A stretch of DNA of 62,928 bases, filler included, from Octopus bimaculoides (lineage: Eukaryota): assembly GCF_001194135.2 (NCBI RefSeq). It is 7 parts of 6 records of this genome, joined end to end, with 100 filler letters (N's around TTAATTAATTAA, not from the genome) between each part and the next. Parts side by side here need not be neighbours in the genome. Positions count along the whole stretch, not along the records: positions 21,035 to 41,536 come from NC_068989.1; positions 41,637 to 44,872 come from NC_068985.1; positions 44,973 to 48,343 come from NC_068981.1; positions 48,444 to 57,692 come from NC_068985.1; 3 more parts are not named here. One strand, given 5' to 3'. The notes under the pieces were generated by a model, which did not search any database, had not been told where the DNA came from, and saw nothing but the letters and a program-made list of their open reading frames with translations. This document shows positions 38,459 to 51,053 of the stretch, one piece after another. The position numbers and the translations under genes are program-made. Numbering within the stretch: position 1 is the first letter of the stretch; each line of letters begins with the position of its first letter.

Positions 38459-40037
38459 CAATAGAGGAATTTTCCAAGAAGACTCGTTATCCTATTTAAT
38501 ATTTGTCTTATGTTTGATCCCTTTTTATTTAGTATTAAGGAAGACAAACGCAGGGTATCAGTTCAGAAATAGTAAGTGAAAAATTAACCATTTGTTCTAC
38601 ATGGATGATCTGAAGCTTTTTAGTAAGATTGGAAAAGTTATAGATTCCTTAACACAGACTATAAGACTCTTCAGCAAAGATATAAGCATGGAATTTGGCA
38701 GAGATGAGTGTGCAATATTAATCATGAAAAGGAGACAGTTAGTCAACAGTGAAGGCATCCATTAACCAGATGACCAGACATTAAATTCATTGATAGGAGG
38801 CAGGAGTGGCTGTGTGGTAAGTAGCTTGCTTACCAACCACATGGTTCCAGGTTCAGTCCCACTGCGTGGCACCTTGGGCAAGTGTCTTCTACTATAGCCT
38901 TGGGCCGACCAAAGCCTTGTGAGTGGATTTGGTAGACGGAAACTGAAAGAAGCCCGTCATATATATGTATATATATATATGTGTGTGTATATGTTTCTGT
39001 TGACAACCGATGCTGGTGTGTTTACATCCCCGTAACTTAGCGGTTCGGCAAAAAGAGACCGAAAGAATAAGTACTAGGCTTACAAAGAATAAGTCCTGGG
39101 GTCGATTCTCTTGACTAAAGGCGGTGCTCCAGCATGGCCGCAGTCAAATGACTGAAACAAGTAAAAGAGTAAGTATCTAAGAGTATTAGAATCTGACAGC
39201 GTACTAACTATAAAAAGGAAAATGAAAATTGAGAAGGAGTACATCAAGAGGATGGGGAAGCTACTGAAGTCAAAGCTAAATGGTCCAAATCTAGTGAAGG
39301 TTGTAAATACTTGGGCAGCATAATTACTTAGATACTCAGCAGCTTTTGTAGATTGGACAAAAACTGAATTAGCAAAGCTGGAAAGAAGAACTAGGAAGGA
39401 ATTCAATATGAATGGAGGACTCCACCCAAGGGCAAGGGTAGCAAGATTATACTAACTACAAAGGGAGGTGGAAGAGAGTTAATATCAGTAGAAGACTGTG
39501 TAGAGCTAGTTAGAGTAGTTAGTGTAGAACTAGTTAGAGTAGACTCGTATGTAGGTAATAGTGAAGAAAGTTTATTAAGAGCTGCTAGAGTCACACAATA
39601 TAAGATGTTGTGAGACTGACATTTAGACTGACAGAGTAAGAGAAGCTAGAAAGCCTGATTTAGTAGTAGTGGATAAAGAGAACAGAAAGTGCTAGATAAT
39701 TGACTTTATAGTCTCAAATGATGAAAAATCAATATGAGAGGTACAGAAAAAATTGCAAAGTACCAAGATCTAGCCATTGAATTACAGAGACTATGGAAAG
39801 CACAGATAAAATGCATCCCAATAGTTAAAGGTACATTAGGAGCTGTCCTTAAAGATTTGAACAGATGGATAGAGGAAATAAGCATTAAACCAAGTTTAGT
39901 ACAGCTCCAGAAAACAGTATTATTAGGGACAGCTAGGATACTTAGGAAGGTTCTTGGCATCTAAGGTTACTTGTTGCTTGATGTTAGGAATTTTTCTTTT
40001 CCAACATTCTAGTCTGTTGTGTGTATATGAACAATAA
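38459..40037 (+). mobile_element. R4/Dong-like LINE, 5'-truncated, RT plus REL endonuclease, inactivated
   Basis: RGIFQEDSLS, INHLFYMDDLKLFS (RT motif), KSKLNGPNLVKVVNTWA, GGLHPRARVARLY, GGGRELISVEDCVE, RKPDLVVVDKENRKCLIIDF (PD..D), KIAKYQDLAIEL, LQKTVLLGTARILRKVLGI*, then an (AAT)n tail. Contains stops and frameshifts, and the zinc-knuckle region is deleted. Confidence 0.9.
38796..39172 (+). mobile_element. SINE family B nested in the LINE RT domain
   Basis: A complete family B copy splits the LINE between DQTLNSLI and KYLRVLES. Confidence 0.92.
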
Positions 40038-40262
40038 TAATAATAATCCTTTCTACAGGACACACGAAGCCTCAAATTTGTAGGGAGGGGACTAGTCAAT
40101 TACATTGACCTCAGTGTTTCACTGGTACTTAATATATCAATCCCTGAAAGGATGAAAGGAAAAGTTGACTTCAGCGGAATTTGAACTCAGAATCTAGCGA
40201 CATGTGAAATACCACTAAGCATTTCACCCAGCATGCTAATGATTCTGCCAGCTTGCCACCTT
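40038..40262 (-). mobile_element. SINE family C
   Basis: The reverse complement starts AAGGTGGCAAGCTGGCAGAATCATTAGCATG..TTCTGAGTTCAAATTCCGCTGAAGTCAAC; homologous to 43940-44150 and 51054-51130. Confidence 0.85.
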
Positions 40263-40284
40263 GAACAACAACAACAACAGCAAC

Positions 40285-40325
<41 letters not shown>

Positions 40326-40334
40326 CAACAACAA

Positions 40335-41120
40335 CTAGCAGTATAGCCCGGCGCTGCCCAGGATTAAGCTAGGATTATTAAGTGATCAAGTGCTTTATTT
40401 CAAACCAAAATAAGTAACATCGACATCAGATTTAACCAAAATCCATTGAAATTGGTTTGGCTGAAAATGGTTTGCTGGCAATTTGATTGGGAAATCCCAT
40501 AAGGAATCAGCTTATTGGTTATTTCCACTCATTGACTGTTTTTTTAAATGTTGCATTAAAGATCTGCATAGGAGAAGGTTGAACTGAAGGTTTGCATTGG
40601 GGATCTGGATTGGAGTAACTTAGGAAAACTTACCAACAGCCTTAACCAAAAAATAAGGGGCCTGTCCCTTCTAGGTTAACTCTAACCCTAACCCTAACCC
40701 TGACCCTAAAACTGTAACCCTAACACCAACTCTAATCTTAATCCTAACCCTAACACTAACCCTAACACTAACCTTAACCCTAACCCTAATCCTAACCGTA
40801 AAACCCTAACCCTTACCATAAAACCCTAACTGTAACACCCTAGTGGAAATCGTGTGAGTGTTAATCTGAAAAATTACCAAACCCTTTTTGTGGTCCGAAA
40901 AACGGGTTGGGGGAGTGACTGACAAATTGTTACATACCTTTTTGTTTCATAGTTGTTGTGAAATATAAACAAAACTCTTTCGCTCCCAAAGTATATGTGC
41001 AAGTGTGTGAGAGTAAGAGGGGGAAGAAATATTAACGATTTAAAATAAATAATGATTTAAAATAAATATATTTTAATTGTTGTGTGAGAAAGTATATATA
41101 ATCTCATTATAGAATATAGT
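40335..41120 (-). mobile_element. Non-autonomous Helitron containing telomere-like repeats
   Basis: The minus-strand 3' end is CCTGGGCAGCGCCGGG (hairpin) CTATACTG CTAG|T. The 5' end near 41120 is degenerate (CTATATTCTATAATG), so the left boundary on the minus strand is uncertain. Confidence 0.65.
40678..40843 (+). repeat. Degenerate interstitial (CCCTAA)n telomere-like array
   Basis: CTAACCCTAACCCTAACCCTGACCCTAA..CCTAACCCTAACACTAACCCTAACACTAACCTTAACCCTAACCCTAATCCTAACC. Confidence 0.9.
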
Positions 41121-41426
41121 GTCTTTCAAAAACATCTTATATTTAAAACTATATCTCATGTTTAAGAAAAAAAAATGCATTTTACATTTTACACTTACTC
41201 TGTCTTCCTTACCTACATTTTCTTTCGTAATACGCTTTGTCTCCCTCTTCAACTTTTTCTTCTTTTTTTCTTTTGTTAGATGCTGGCAAACAAATTCTGC
41301 CTTGGTTAGAGAAATTTTTTTTCCTTGGACGCTTTGTCTCCCTTTCCCACTTTTTGTTGACTTTTTTGTTAGATGCTAGCAAACACTCTGTATCTCCTCT
41401 TGTCACAAACACACTATTTCTTTCTT

Positions 41427-41467
<41 letters not shown>

Positions 41468-41486
41468 CTCTCTCGCTCTTTCTCTA

Positions 41487-41536
<50 letters not shown>

Positions 41537-41639
41537 NNNNNNNNNNNNNNNNNNNNNNNNNNNNNNNNNNNNNNNNNNNNTTAATTAATTAANNNNNNNN
41601 NNNNNNNNNNNNNNNNNNNNNNNNNNNNNNNNNNNNACA

Positions 41640-41685
<46 letters not shown>

Positions 41686-42894
41686 TGATTCGTTCATTTC
41701 CCGCTACCTCCATGTGCGGCAGAATGCTCACACACATGAAGGAGATAGTTGCCTCCATAATAATATTCGACCTTTAGCAACAGCGTTCAGGCAAAGCATG
41801 GCAAAACCTGTCCATGCTGTGATATTCTCTCTCCATCAATCACGCCTTCCAAACAGATCTCGCTGACACCACTAGCCATTTACTTAGTGTGGCCAAGCAG
41901 CCCTAATCCGGACCACAACATTATAATTTATGGTAAACCAGTAATGCAAGTTCCTGAATTCATCTACCTCGATCACAAACTCCCTTCAAAAAACGATGGA
42001 ATGATAGTTGCGAACCATAAAATCTCACTTTTCTTCGCAGCGTTTTATAAGAATAAATACGTACATATATACAAAAATAGCCTGTTGATGTTGTTGAAAT
42101 TCCGATGAAGGAACTTTTGATCTAGTTTAGAAACCGGCTCTTTCTCTATTAGCAAAAATATTCTTGAAATAAAACTGAATAATGACATACATATATATGT
42201 ATATATATATATATATNNNNNNNNNNNNNNNNNNNNNNNNNNNNNNNNNNNNNNNNNNNNNNNNNNNNNNNNNNNNNNNNNNNNNNNNNNNNNNNNNNNN
42301 NNNNNNNNNNNNNNNNNNNNNNNNNNNNNNNNNNNNNNNNNNNNNNNNNNNNNNNNNNNNNNNNNNNNNNNNNNNNNNNNNNNNNNNNNNNNNNNNNNNN
42401 NNNNNNNNNNNNNNNNNNNNNNNNNNNNNNNNNNNNNNNNNNNNNNNNNNNNNNNNNNNNNNNNNNNNNNNNNNNNNNNNNNNNNNNNNNNNNNNNNNNN
42501 NNNNNNNNNNNNNNNNNNNNNNNNNNNNNNNNNNNNNNNNNNNNNNNNNNNNNNNNNNNNNNNNNNNNNNNNNNNNNNNNNNNNNNNNNNNNNNNNNNNN
42601 NNNNNNNNNNNNNNNNNNNNNNNNNNNNNNNNNNNNNNNNNNNNNNNNNNNNNNNNNNNNNNNNNNNNNNNNNNNNNNNNNNNNNNNNNNNNNNNNNNNN
42701 NNNNNNNNNNNNNNNNNNNNNNNNNNNNNNNNNNNNNNNNNNNNNNNNNNNNNNNNNNNNNNNNNNNNNNNNNNNNNNNNNNNNNNNNNNNNNNNNNNNN
42801 NNNNNNNNNNNNNNNNNNNNNNNNNNNNNNNNNNNNNNNNNNNNNNNNNNNNNNNNNNNNNNNNNNNNNNNNNNNNNNNNNNNNGTAAACAACT

Positions 42895-42936
42895 ACAGCG
42901 TCAACAATTACAAGAAATATAACAACAACAACTACA

Positions 42937-43001
<65 letters not shown>

Positions 43002-43185
43002 AACGATTGGAGCAACGAAAGACGATAACGAAAAAATCAGCAACAGCAACGATTGGAATAAGAACGTCAATAACGATGACAAAATACAGCAACAACAACA
43101 ATAACAGAAATAATTATAACAACGACAACAACGTCGACAACGTCCACGACGACGACGACGACGACGACCACCACCACCACCTCTA
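42895..43185. repeat. Compound (ACA)n/(CTA)n/(CGA)n trinucleotide microsatellite
   Basis: Seen directly. Confidence 0.9.
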
Positions 43186-43939
43186 TCACCCACTACCCCG
43201 ATCACGCCACAATTACTTTATTGAAAACCTTTAAGTCCACAACACGTCATCAAACTCATCCCTATTGTAGTCACATGTATGTATGTATGTATGACTATGA
43301 ACATGTCTATATGAATGTATGTATGTGGGTATACATACGTGTATATATGCGTAGGTGTGGCGTTGGACGATGTATGTAAGCAGATGTGTGTGTGTGTGTA
43401 TGTGTGTGTGTGTGTGTGTGTCGTTATGTTTACGCAGCTGTTAACTAAGATTTAAACGCCCACACCCCATTCAATGTATATACATTTATTTTAAACGATT
43501 TTATTCCCTAACTAAGCCAAGCGTGAGTCGGACACTGTTAATACGAACTTTGACCTCTCGGCAGCTGGACATCATAATCTAACGCCATGTATCGAAAGAG
43601 GGGCAACTAGCAGCGAATCAAGCCACAAGCCAGTTAGCCGATTTCTAATTCGTCGGCCGACAAGCCGTCGAAGGAGTCTTTACGCAGTCGCCCGACTTGG
43701 TAACATTAGCAGTTAAATGGTTTCTTAAACCCCACCCAGTCATTTCAAATAAAGATATAGAAGACAACAAAAGTTCCCGATAAATGAATTGGCGGGAGGG
43801 TTACGATTGGAAAGTCTTTGAATCACTGATCTTATTTGAGTTTGAACCAACAACAGCAACTGTCAGTTGGTGCTATTCCGCTTCAGTTAATAACCTGTAG
43901 TAAGATATGAATTAAACTCTATCTTAGATGAAATTTGGA

Positions 43940-44150
43940 CAAAGTAGCTGCCGATCCAACAGAATAGCGAGCACGTTGGACAAAATGCTTAGCAACATTT
44001 CATCCGACTCCCTTTGTTCTGAGTTCAAATCTCACGGAAGTCAACTTTGCCTTTTATCCCTTTGAGGTCGATAAAATAAAGTACCAGCCAAGTACTTGGG
44101 TTGGTTTAACCGATTTGTTATTCCCCACCTTAAATATCAATGGTCTTAAA
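43940..44150 (+). mobile_element. SINE family C
   Basis: TTCTGAGTTCAAATCTCACGGAAGTCAACTTTGCCTTTTATCCCTTTGAGGTCGATAAAATAAAGTACCAG. Confidence 0.8.
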
Positions 44151-44435
44151 TCTTATAATGGACCTTTGTCCAGTTCAGGGATAATGCTGTGATCTTGGTC
44201 ACTTGTACGGCATTGAAATCAAGTAACCGACCAATATGATATATAGGGTCTGAGGAAAACAAAATAGAAAAAAAAAACCCTACAAGATAATCACAAATGG
44301 AACGCCTTTGATTATAGGTCTAACTGATCTGGATTGACCTTGGGTTAAATGGCAACAATGAACGACTTAAGCTACTTCACCCATGCCCTCTTAATAAAAT
44401 TCTTTTGCATTTTTTTCACTGATTGTAATCATCGG

Positions 44436-44630
44436 AGGCGTGTAGCCTAGTGGTTAGGGGTGTTGGACTCATATTCGTAAGATTGTGGTTTCAATCTCTA
44501 GAACGGGCGACGTGTTGTGTTCTCGAGCAAAAAACTTCATTTCACGTTTTGCAGTCCACACAGCGGACAAAAAGAAGTCAAGTAATTCTACGACGCACCA
44601 GCGTCCCGTCCAGGGGGTGGGGCGAATATG
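44436..44630 (+). mobile_element. tRNA-derived SINE with CORE-like domain
   Basis: GGAGGCGTGTAGCCTAGTGGTTAGGG head, TTGTGTTCTCGAGCAA..TTTCACGTTTTGCAGTCCAC core, then CCAGCGTCCCGTCCAGGGGGT. Confidence 0.7.
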
Positions 44631-44692
44631 TATATATCTGTAAAAATATGTGACAGTTATTCGGTAGCCATGATAAAACTGAGTTTCGAAAT

Positions 44693-44764
44693 GGCCAGAT
44701 AACTGAAGAGATGGCGGCGTGGGTTTCCGCCCCGGCATCCGAAACTCGGAGTTTTATCATGGCT
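44693..44764 (+). ncRNA. Type I hammerhead ribozyme motif (minimal, Penelope-like)
   Basis: Stem I GCCAGATAA pairs with TTATC(A)TGGC. Core CTGAAGA (44703-44709). Stem II GATGGCGG/CCGGCATC (8 bp, 1 mismatch). C-GAAA (44740-44744). Stem III ACT-cgg-AGT. Predicted cleavage triplet GUU, cutting after 44753. Confidence 0.7.
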
Positions 44765-44972
44765 ACTAATAATTGTCACATATTTTTACGGATAAATTCC
44801 TCTATTTACATAATATCGAGGTCTCTTTCTTTCATTTGTTGTCTTTTCTATCAATATATATATATATATATANNNNNNNNNNNNNNNNNNNNNNNNNNNN
44901 NNNNNNNNNNNNNNNNTTAATTAATTAANNNNNNNNNNNNNNNNNNNNNNNNNNNNNNNNNNNNNNNNNNNN

Positions 44973-45053
<81 letters not shown>

Positions 45054-45630
45054 CACGCACACACATATTTATACATATGGTTGCGTTATTCATTATGGAA
45101 CGTACTTTTCTCGTTGATTCCATAAAGTTATAAAACATGTATGAAACATTTTGTAAAGTTAGTGACGATCCACTATAGTGAGTGGATCAGATTATATCTT
45201 CGCTTCCTGTGATTGCTTTAGCTCTTGCCTCTTTCATATTAAACTATTTCGCAGATTCTTTTGAACATTTTCCATCTTGAATTTGATTTAATTATTTAAT
45301 TTTCTTTTCTAGATAAATCGACCCTCTTGACATTTATATCCCTATTGCTCAAACTCGTCAATATTTAAAATCACATAAAATATAAACTTGAATTGTTGTT
45401 TACAGCATAGCCAATCTCAGTATGGAGATACTGAATCGAAAGTAAAATAGGAGATAAGTGAATGCTCAAAATGGAAATGAAGAAATAGAACTTTGTCTGC
45501 GAAATGAATAGCATCGGTACAAACTAAAACAATGCAGATATATATTAATTTACCAATATGAAATCGATTACGGTGTAAATGAAGAGGCAGCCGGAAATCA
45601 TAGACGTATATGTATTTATGTATGTTGTAT

Positions 45631-45685
<55 letters not shown>

Positions 45686-48305
45686 TTGTTTAATAAATAG
45701 ATAAACAGACTGATATGTGTGTGTAAGTGTGTGTGTATGTATGTGTGTCTGTGTTTGTGTCTCTGTGTGTGTCTGTGTGTGTGAACACCTCTGAAAACAG
45801 GATGCGCCAGGACCTGTTGTAATCTAACCCAACATTAATGTGGCAAAAAATATGTATTTTGATGAAAAAAAAATTCTGCACGTGTTCTCCATAATCTTTC
45901 TAATAATATTATTACATGAATTCGCCTTTAGTTTTGATGGATACTTCAGTGTGAGACCGGAACTCTTGATAGTTCTCCACCATTCCACGCCATTTCGGAC
46001 ATTACTTGAAAAGTGGCATTCGGAGCAGCTGTAATATTAGAATGATGTCAATGAGGGACATTTCAAACAACGCCTAAAACATTGTAATCCATGGTTAATT
46101 CTGGCGAATTTAGCACTCTCAAGTTTGGTGTTAAATGATCATAAATATTCTCTGACATTCATTTGTTTTACGTGAGCTTTGTGAGAATGAAATAGGTCGC
46201 GATGAACCACGTATTACGTTTCACTGCATACGTCATCCATCCTGAGTTTAATTGCTCTCTCTCTCGCACGTCAGCGTATCCAGCGGCTTCATTTCTAAAA
46301 CTCTATGAATGATGTGAGATGGAATCGCTTGTCTTTTCTTACTCACCATTCCAATTACCCGCGCAGTTGCTGTAAACTTTGTTTGCATCTCTCTGTTAGA
46401 ATATTGGGTTTGATCGAAGCCTTTTAGAGTAGAACCAGAGCATGCCATGTGTGTGTGATTTAAACCTTGTTAACTCACCTTGCTACGGTTAAATCGGTCT
46501 ATCTGTGACGTTGCAGACACGAAATGACTTTGCTAGTTATTTTGTCAAATGTGCTAGTGTATCACTAATCCGTAACATGAAGATCTTGGACGAGAGGCCT
46601 CGTTGATTCTACATTACGATTGACTATAATTGACATTATAATTGACTACATTATGATTGACTATTTCGAACCCGTAGACGAATTGGGGTACCCTAATAAC
46701 GTCTAAGCTCCTACATTTTTTGCCCTTAGACGCAGGTGAAATATTCTTGCAAGTGGCTTCAATTTCATCAGAACCATTCGATTGCCGTGACACATTCTCT
46801 GGAGAGATCAATTTAACAAAACAAGAATTTATATGGTATGATTTCTGATATACCTCTATTTCATTATCGTATTTAGATACATCTCCTTTGGTCACTTTGC
46901 ATTATTTCTGTCAGCATATTTCTGTTAAGTTTATATACATACATACATATGCGTATAAACACGTACACAGACACACAAACACACACACACACACATACAC
47001 ACACACACACATACGCACACACACACATATGTATGTATATATATATATATANNNNNNNNNNNNNNNNNNNNNNNNNNNNNNNNNNNNNNNNNNNNNNNNN
47101 NNNNNNNNNNNNNNNNNNNNNNNNNNNNNNNNNNNNNNNNNNNNNNNNNNNNNNNNNNNNNNNNNNNNNNNNNNNNNNNNNNNNNNNNNNNNNNNNNNNN
47201 NNNNNNNNNNNNNNNNNNNNNNNNNNNNNNNNNNNNNNNNNNNNNNNNNNNNNNNNNNNNNNNNNNNNNNNNNNNNNNNNNNNNNTATATATATACATAT
47301 ATATATATATATACATATAGTCCAACGCATGTCATGTTCTTATGTTCTTTAATAGGAAAAGCTTACTATTCTGTATTTGCCTTGTAGGAGAAAATGTTAT
47401 TACATTATTTGCAATATCTGTCAACACAAATCAAATCTCATGGATGTCGACTTTGTGTTTCATTCTGACGATCCGGACAAAATAATGTATCAGTCTCTTA
47501 CTGGGTTAGACTTTATAGACTTCCCCCTAAAAAAAAACTTGGAACGACTAAATGCATCTTTCTTCCATCTTCTCATTCACTTGCTCAGTTCTCACTCTCT
47601 CCCTCCTTCACCCTCTCTAGCTATATGTCTCCCTATCATAAACACATGTACAAACATAAACTCCCACTTCTGCCCACATATTGCCACATACTTACAATGG
47701 TGTACGGCTTCTTAAACAAAGACTAGCAGTTCAGAATATCAAATCATGTTTATATGCATGAAATACTGTCATAGAATGAAACAAATCTGTAGAATCTGTA
47801 ACTGATTCTTTGGAGAAGAACTATTTTGATCTCCTGTACAAATTTACTGATGTATAGAAGCTAAGTATATCTGTCGGGAAATTTATGTATACCGGAAGAT
47901 CTTTATCTTCTTAAACGATATATATGTGGTGGGAAATTTGTATACCGTAATAGGTAAAGGACATTTGCCTTTTACATCGGCCCAGTTAAGTACGATTTAA
48001 ATAGATAATTTGTTTTAGTGCAGTGCTAATTTTAGTCCCCGTATTTACAGGAAGGCAATTTACGCAGGTCTGGGCTATTCATAATTTTTATTTCTTCTTG
48101 AAACAGAACCACAAAGAGATCAGTATCCCAGCAACCATAGAAATTATGATGCGGTAGAAGGTGAAGCAATTCATACCTGCCTGTCTATGTTTATCTGCCA
48201 ATCTGTCTGTCTGTCTTTTTCACTCTCAATCGCTGTTTTTTCTCTCTCTCTCTGCACTTTCTCTCTCTCTCTATATATATATGGAGAGAGAGGGGAAGAG
48301 AGAAA

Positions 48306-48343
<38 letters not shown>

Positions 48344-48892
48344 NNNNNNNNNNNNNNNNNNNNNNNNNNNNNNNNNNNNNNNNNNNNTTAATTAATTAAN
48401 NNNNNNNNNNNNNNNNNNNNNNNNNNNNNNNNNNNNNNNNNNNTATATATATATATATATATATACGATATATACGTTATATATACCAGTCATTCATGAC
48501 TATGTATATAAAGTGCATTTACACAAATTGTACACTTATACATACAGAAATGTACTTATGAATTCACATCAGTGTGTGTATGTACTAATGTATCTACACA
48601 CAGACGCCTCTACACACACTGCAATATATGCATGTCTGTCTACGCCAACCCTGCGGTAATGATCCAGAAATACGGCGGAAATTGTATTTGCTTGCCAGCT
48701 AAAGCCGATTATCTGATCAATATTCTCTTATCAATGAATGATTGGATTCGATCGACGATATCAAATTGGAATAGTATAATCGATCGTTTTGCTTCCACGC
48801 TTTGAACTTTTCCTTTTACGTGGAAGTGGAAAAGAATGAGAATTGTATTCGAGTGTGCGTGCGTGCGTGTGCGCCCGCGTGTGTATGTGTAA

Positions 48893-48937
<45 letters not shown>

Positions 48938-49337
48938 NNNNNNNNNNNNNNNNNNNNNNNNNNNNNNNNNNNNNNNNNNNNNNNNNNNNNNNNNNNNNNN
49001 NNNNNNNNNNNNNNNNNNNNNNNNNNNNNNNNNNNNNNNNNNNNNNNNNNNNNNNNNNNNNNNNNNNNNNNNNNNNNNNNNNNNNNNNNNNNNNNNNNNN
49101 NNNNNNNNNNNNNNNNNNNNNNNNNNNNNNNNNNNNNNNNNNNNNNNNNNNNNNNNNNNNNNNNNNNNNNNNNNNNNNNNNNNNNNNNNNNNNNNNNNNN
49201 NNNNNNNNNNNNNNNNNNNNNNNNNNNNNNNNNNNNNNNNNNNNNNNNNNNNNNNNNNNNNNNNNNNNNNNNNNNNNNNNNNNNNNNNNNNNNNNNNNNN
49301 NNNNNNNNNNNNNNNNNNNNNNNNNNNNNNNNNNNNN

Positions 49338-49683
49338 ATAGGATCGTGGTTTCGATTCCCAGACCGGGCGTTGCGAGTGTTTATTGAGCGAAAACACCTA
49401 AAGCTCCACGAGGCTCCGGCAGGGGATGGTGGCGAACCCTGCTGTACTCTTTCACCACAACTTTCCCTCACTCTTACTTCCTGTTTCTGTTGTGCCTGTA
49501 TTTCAAAGGGCCAGCCTTGTCACACTGTGTCACGCTGAATATCCCCGAGAACTACGTTAAGGGTACACGTGTCTGTGGAGTGCTCAGCCACTTGCACGTT
49601 AATTTCACGAGCAGATTGTTCCGTTGATCGGATCAACTGCAACCCTCGACGTCGTAAGCGACGGAGTGCCAACAACAACAACA
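49338..49683 (+). mobile_element. SINE family A, 5' end lost in gap
   Basis: Collinear with 25645-26022; CpGs are retained. Confidence 0.9.
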
Positions 49684-49689
49684 TATATA

Positions 49690-49985
49690 TATCTCCTTTT
49701 TCTTCCGCTGCTTCCTTCATATCCTTTTCTTCGTCTTCTTCAGTTTCTTCTTTTCCTTTTTCTTTTTTCTTTCTCCTTCTCATCCTTTTCTTTTCCCTCG
49801 TCCTCTCCCTTTTTCTTCCTTGTTTTCGTCGTCTTATTCCTGCTTTCTTCTTTACATTCTTCGCTTTCTTCTTCCTTCTTTTCTTCTTTCCTTTCTTCTC
49901 CTTCCTCCTCCTTTCCCTCTTCGTTTTCTTCTTCTTTTTCTTCTTCTTCTCCCTTTCTCTCTGTCACTCGCTACCTTTCTTTCTC
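49690..49985. repeat. CTT-rich polypyrimidine low-complexity tract
   Basis: Seen directly. Confidence 0.9.
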
Positions 49986-51053
49986 ACGATCTTGTTTCTC
50001 TTTGAAACAAACCAGCGATGTTCATACCAGAAACGGGATGGTTTTTAAAATGCCCAAAATACTCCGTATGCCACGACGGTATCCTACGGCTCTACCAGAA
50101 ACTGAAAACCCAAGAAAAAAAAAAGATAATAAATATCCTTAAAATTGACTTCAATATTCATTTCGCAAATTGTTTTCTGTTTGCTACATGCTTTTGTCTT
50201 CAGTGTATCTTAGGAATCTCATACATTAGTAATAGTGCTATTTCCAATGCTTTGCCCTTTCTCCGTTACATACATTGACGTCTATATCAGGACATATTTT
50301 CATTTACGTCTTGAGAATTTACCTTTGTCCATTTATAGCATCCTGAAAATGTGTTTCTACTTGTGCACTTTGGTTTATGAATAGTGACAATCTCCATACA
50401 TTTCTGTTTATAACTTTGTTGTTAACAGTTTGTAAATGTATTTCGGTCAAATGGTTTCAGAAGTTCGCTTCACTGGTTAGATCTCACTGTATGACATCTT
50501 GGGTAAACATCATTTTGCATAGCCTCGGTTTGACTCTTATCTCATAATAAAATGACTACACGGAAACTGTATTGTAGACGTTGGTTCTGCCTGAGAATTA
50601 CATTAACGGTTCACATGTTAGTGGAATACTCGGCCAGGGGCAGGTTATTTACTTGATCGAATAATTGAATCCTCGTCGTTAAATGACTGAGATACACCAC
50701 TATCTTAAAGGCTTATTGTTGTAAGATAAATTTGGGTGGCTAAGTGATCCGACGCTTTGCTTTACCTCAACCTAATATCTCTATAGCCGATTTCTATCCC
50801 GGTTGATAAAGGAAGAGGTTAATAAGCATAAGGTTAGCAACCCTGCACAATCAATTTTCTACATTGCTACACAAACACCAACGAGAAAACATATACAGTC
50901 CTCAGAGACAATATATTACGCAATGTAGTGAAAGACGAAGGGACGGAAATCTGTTTCCAGCATACGAGGCAAGCCCTCTGAGGAACACCACGAGGAAGAC
51001 AGAAGCATGGCAGACTAAAAACAAAGAGAATGTCCACAGAAACTGAAGAAAAT

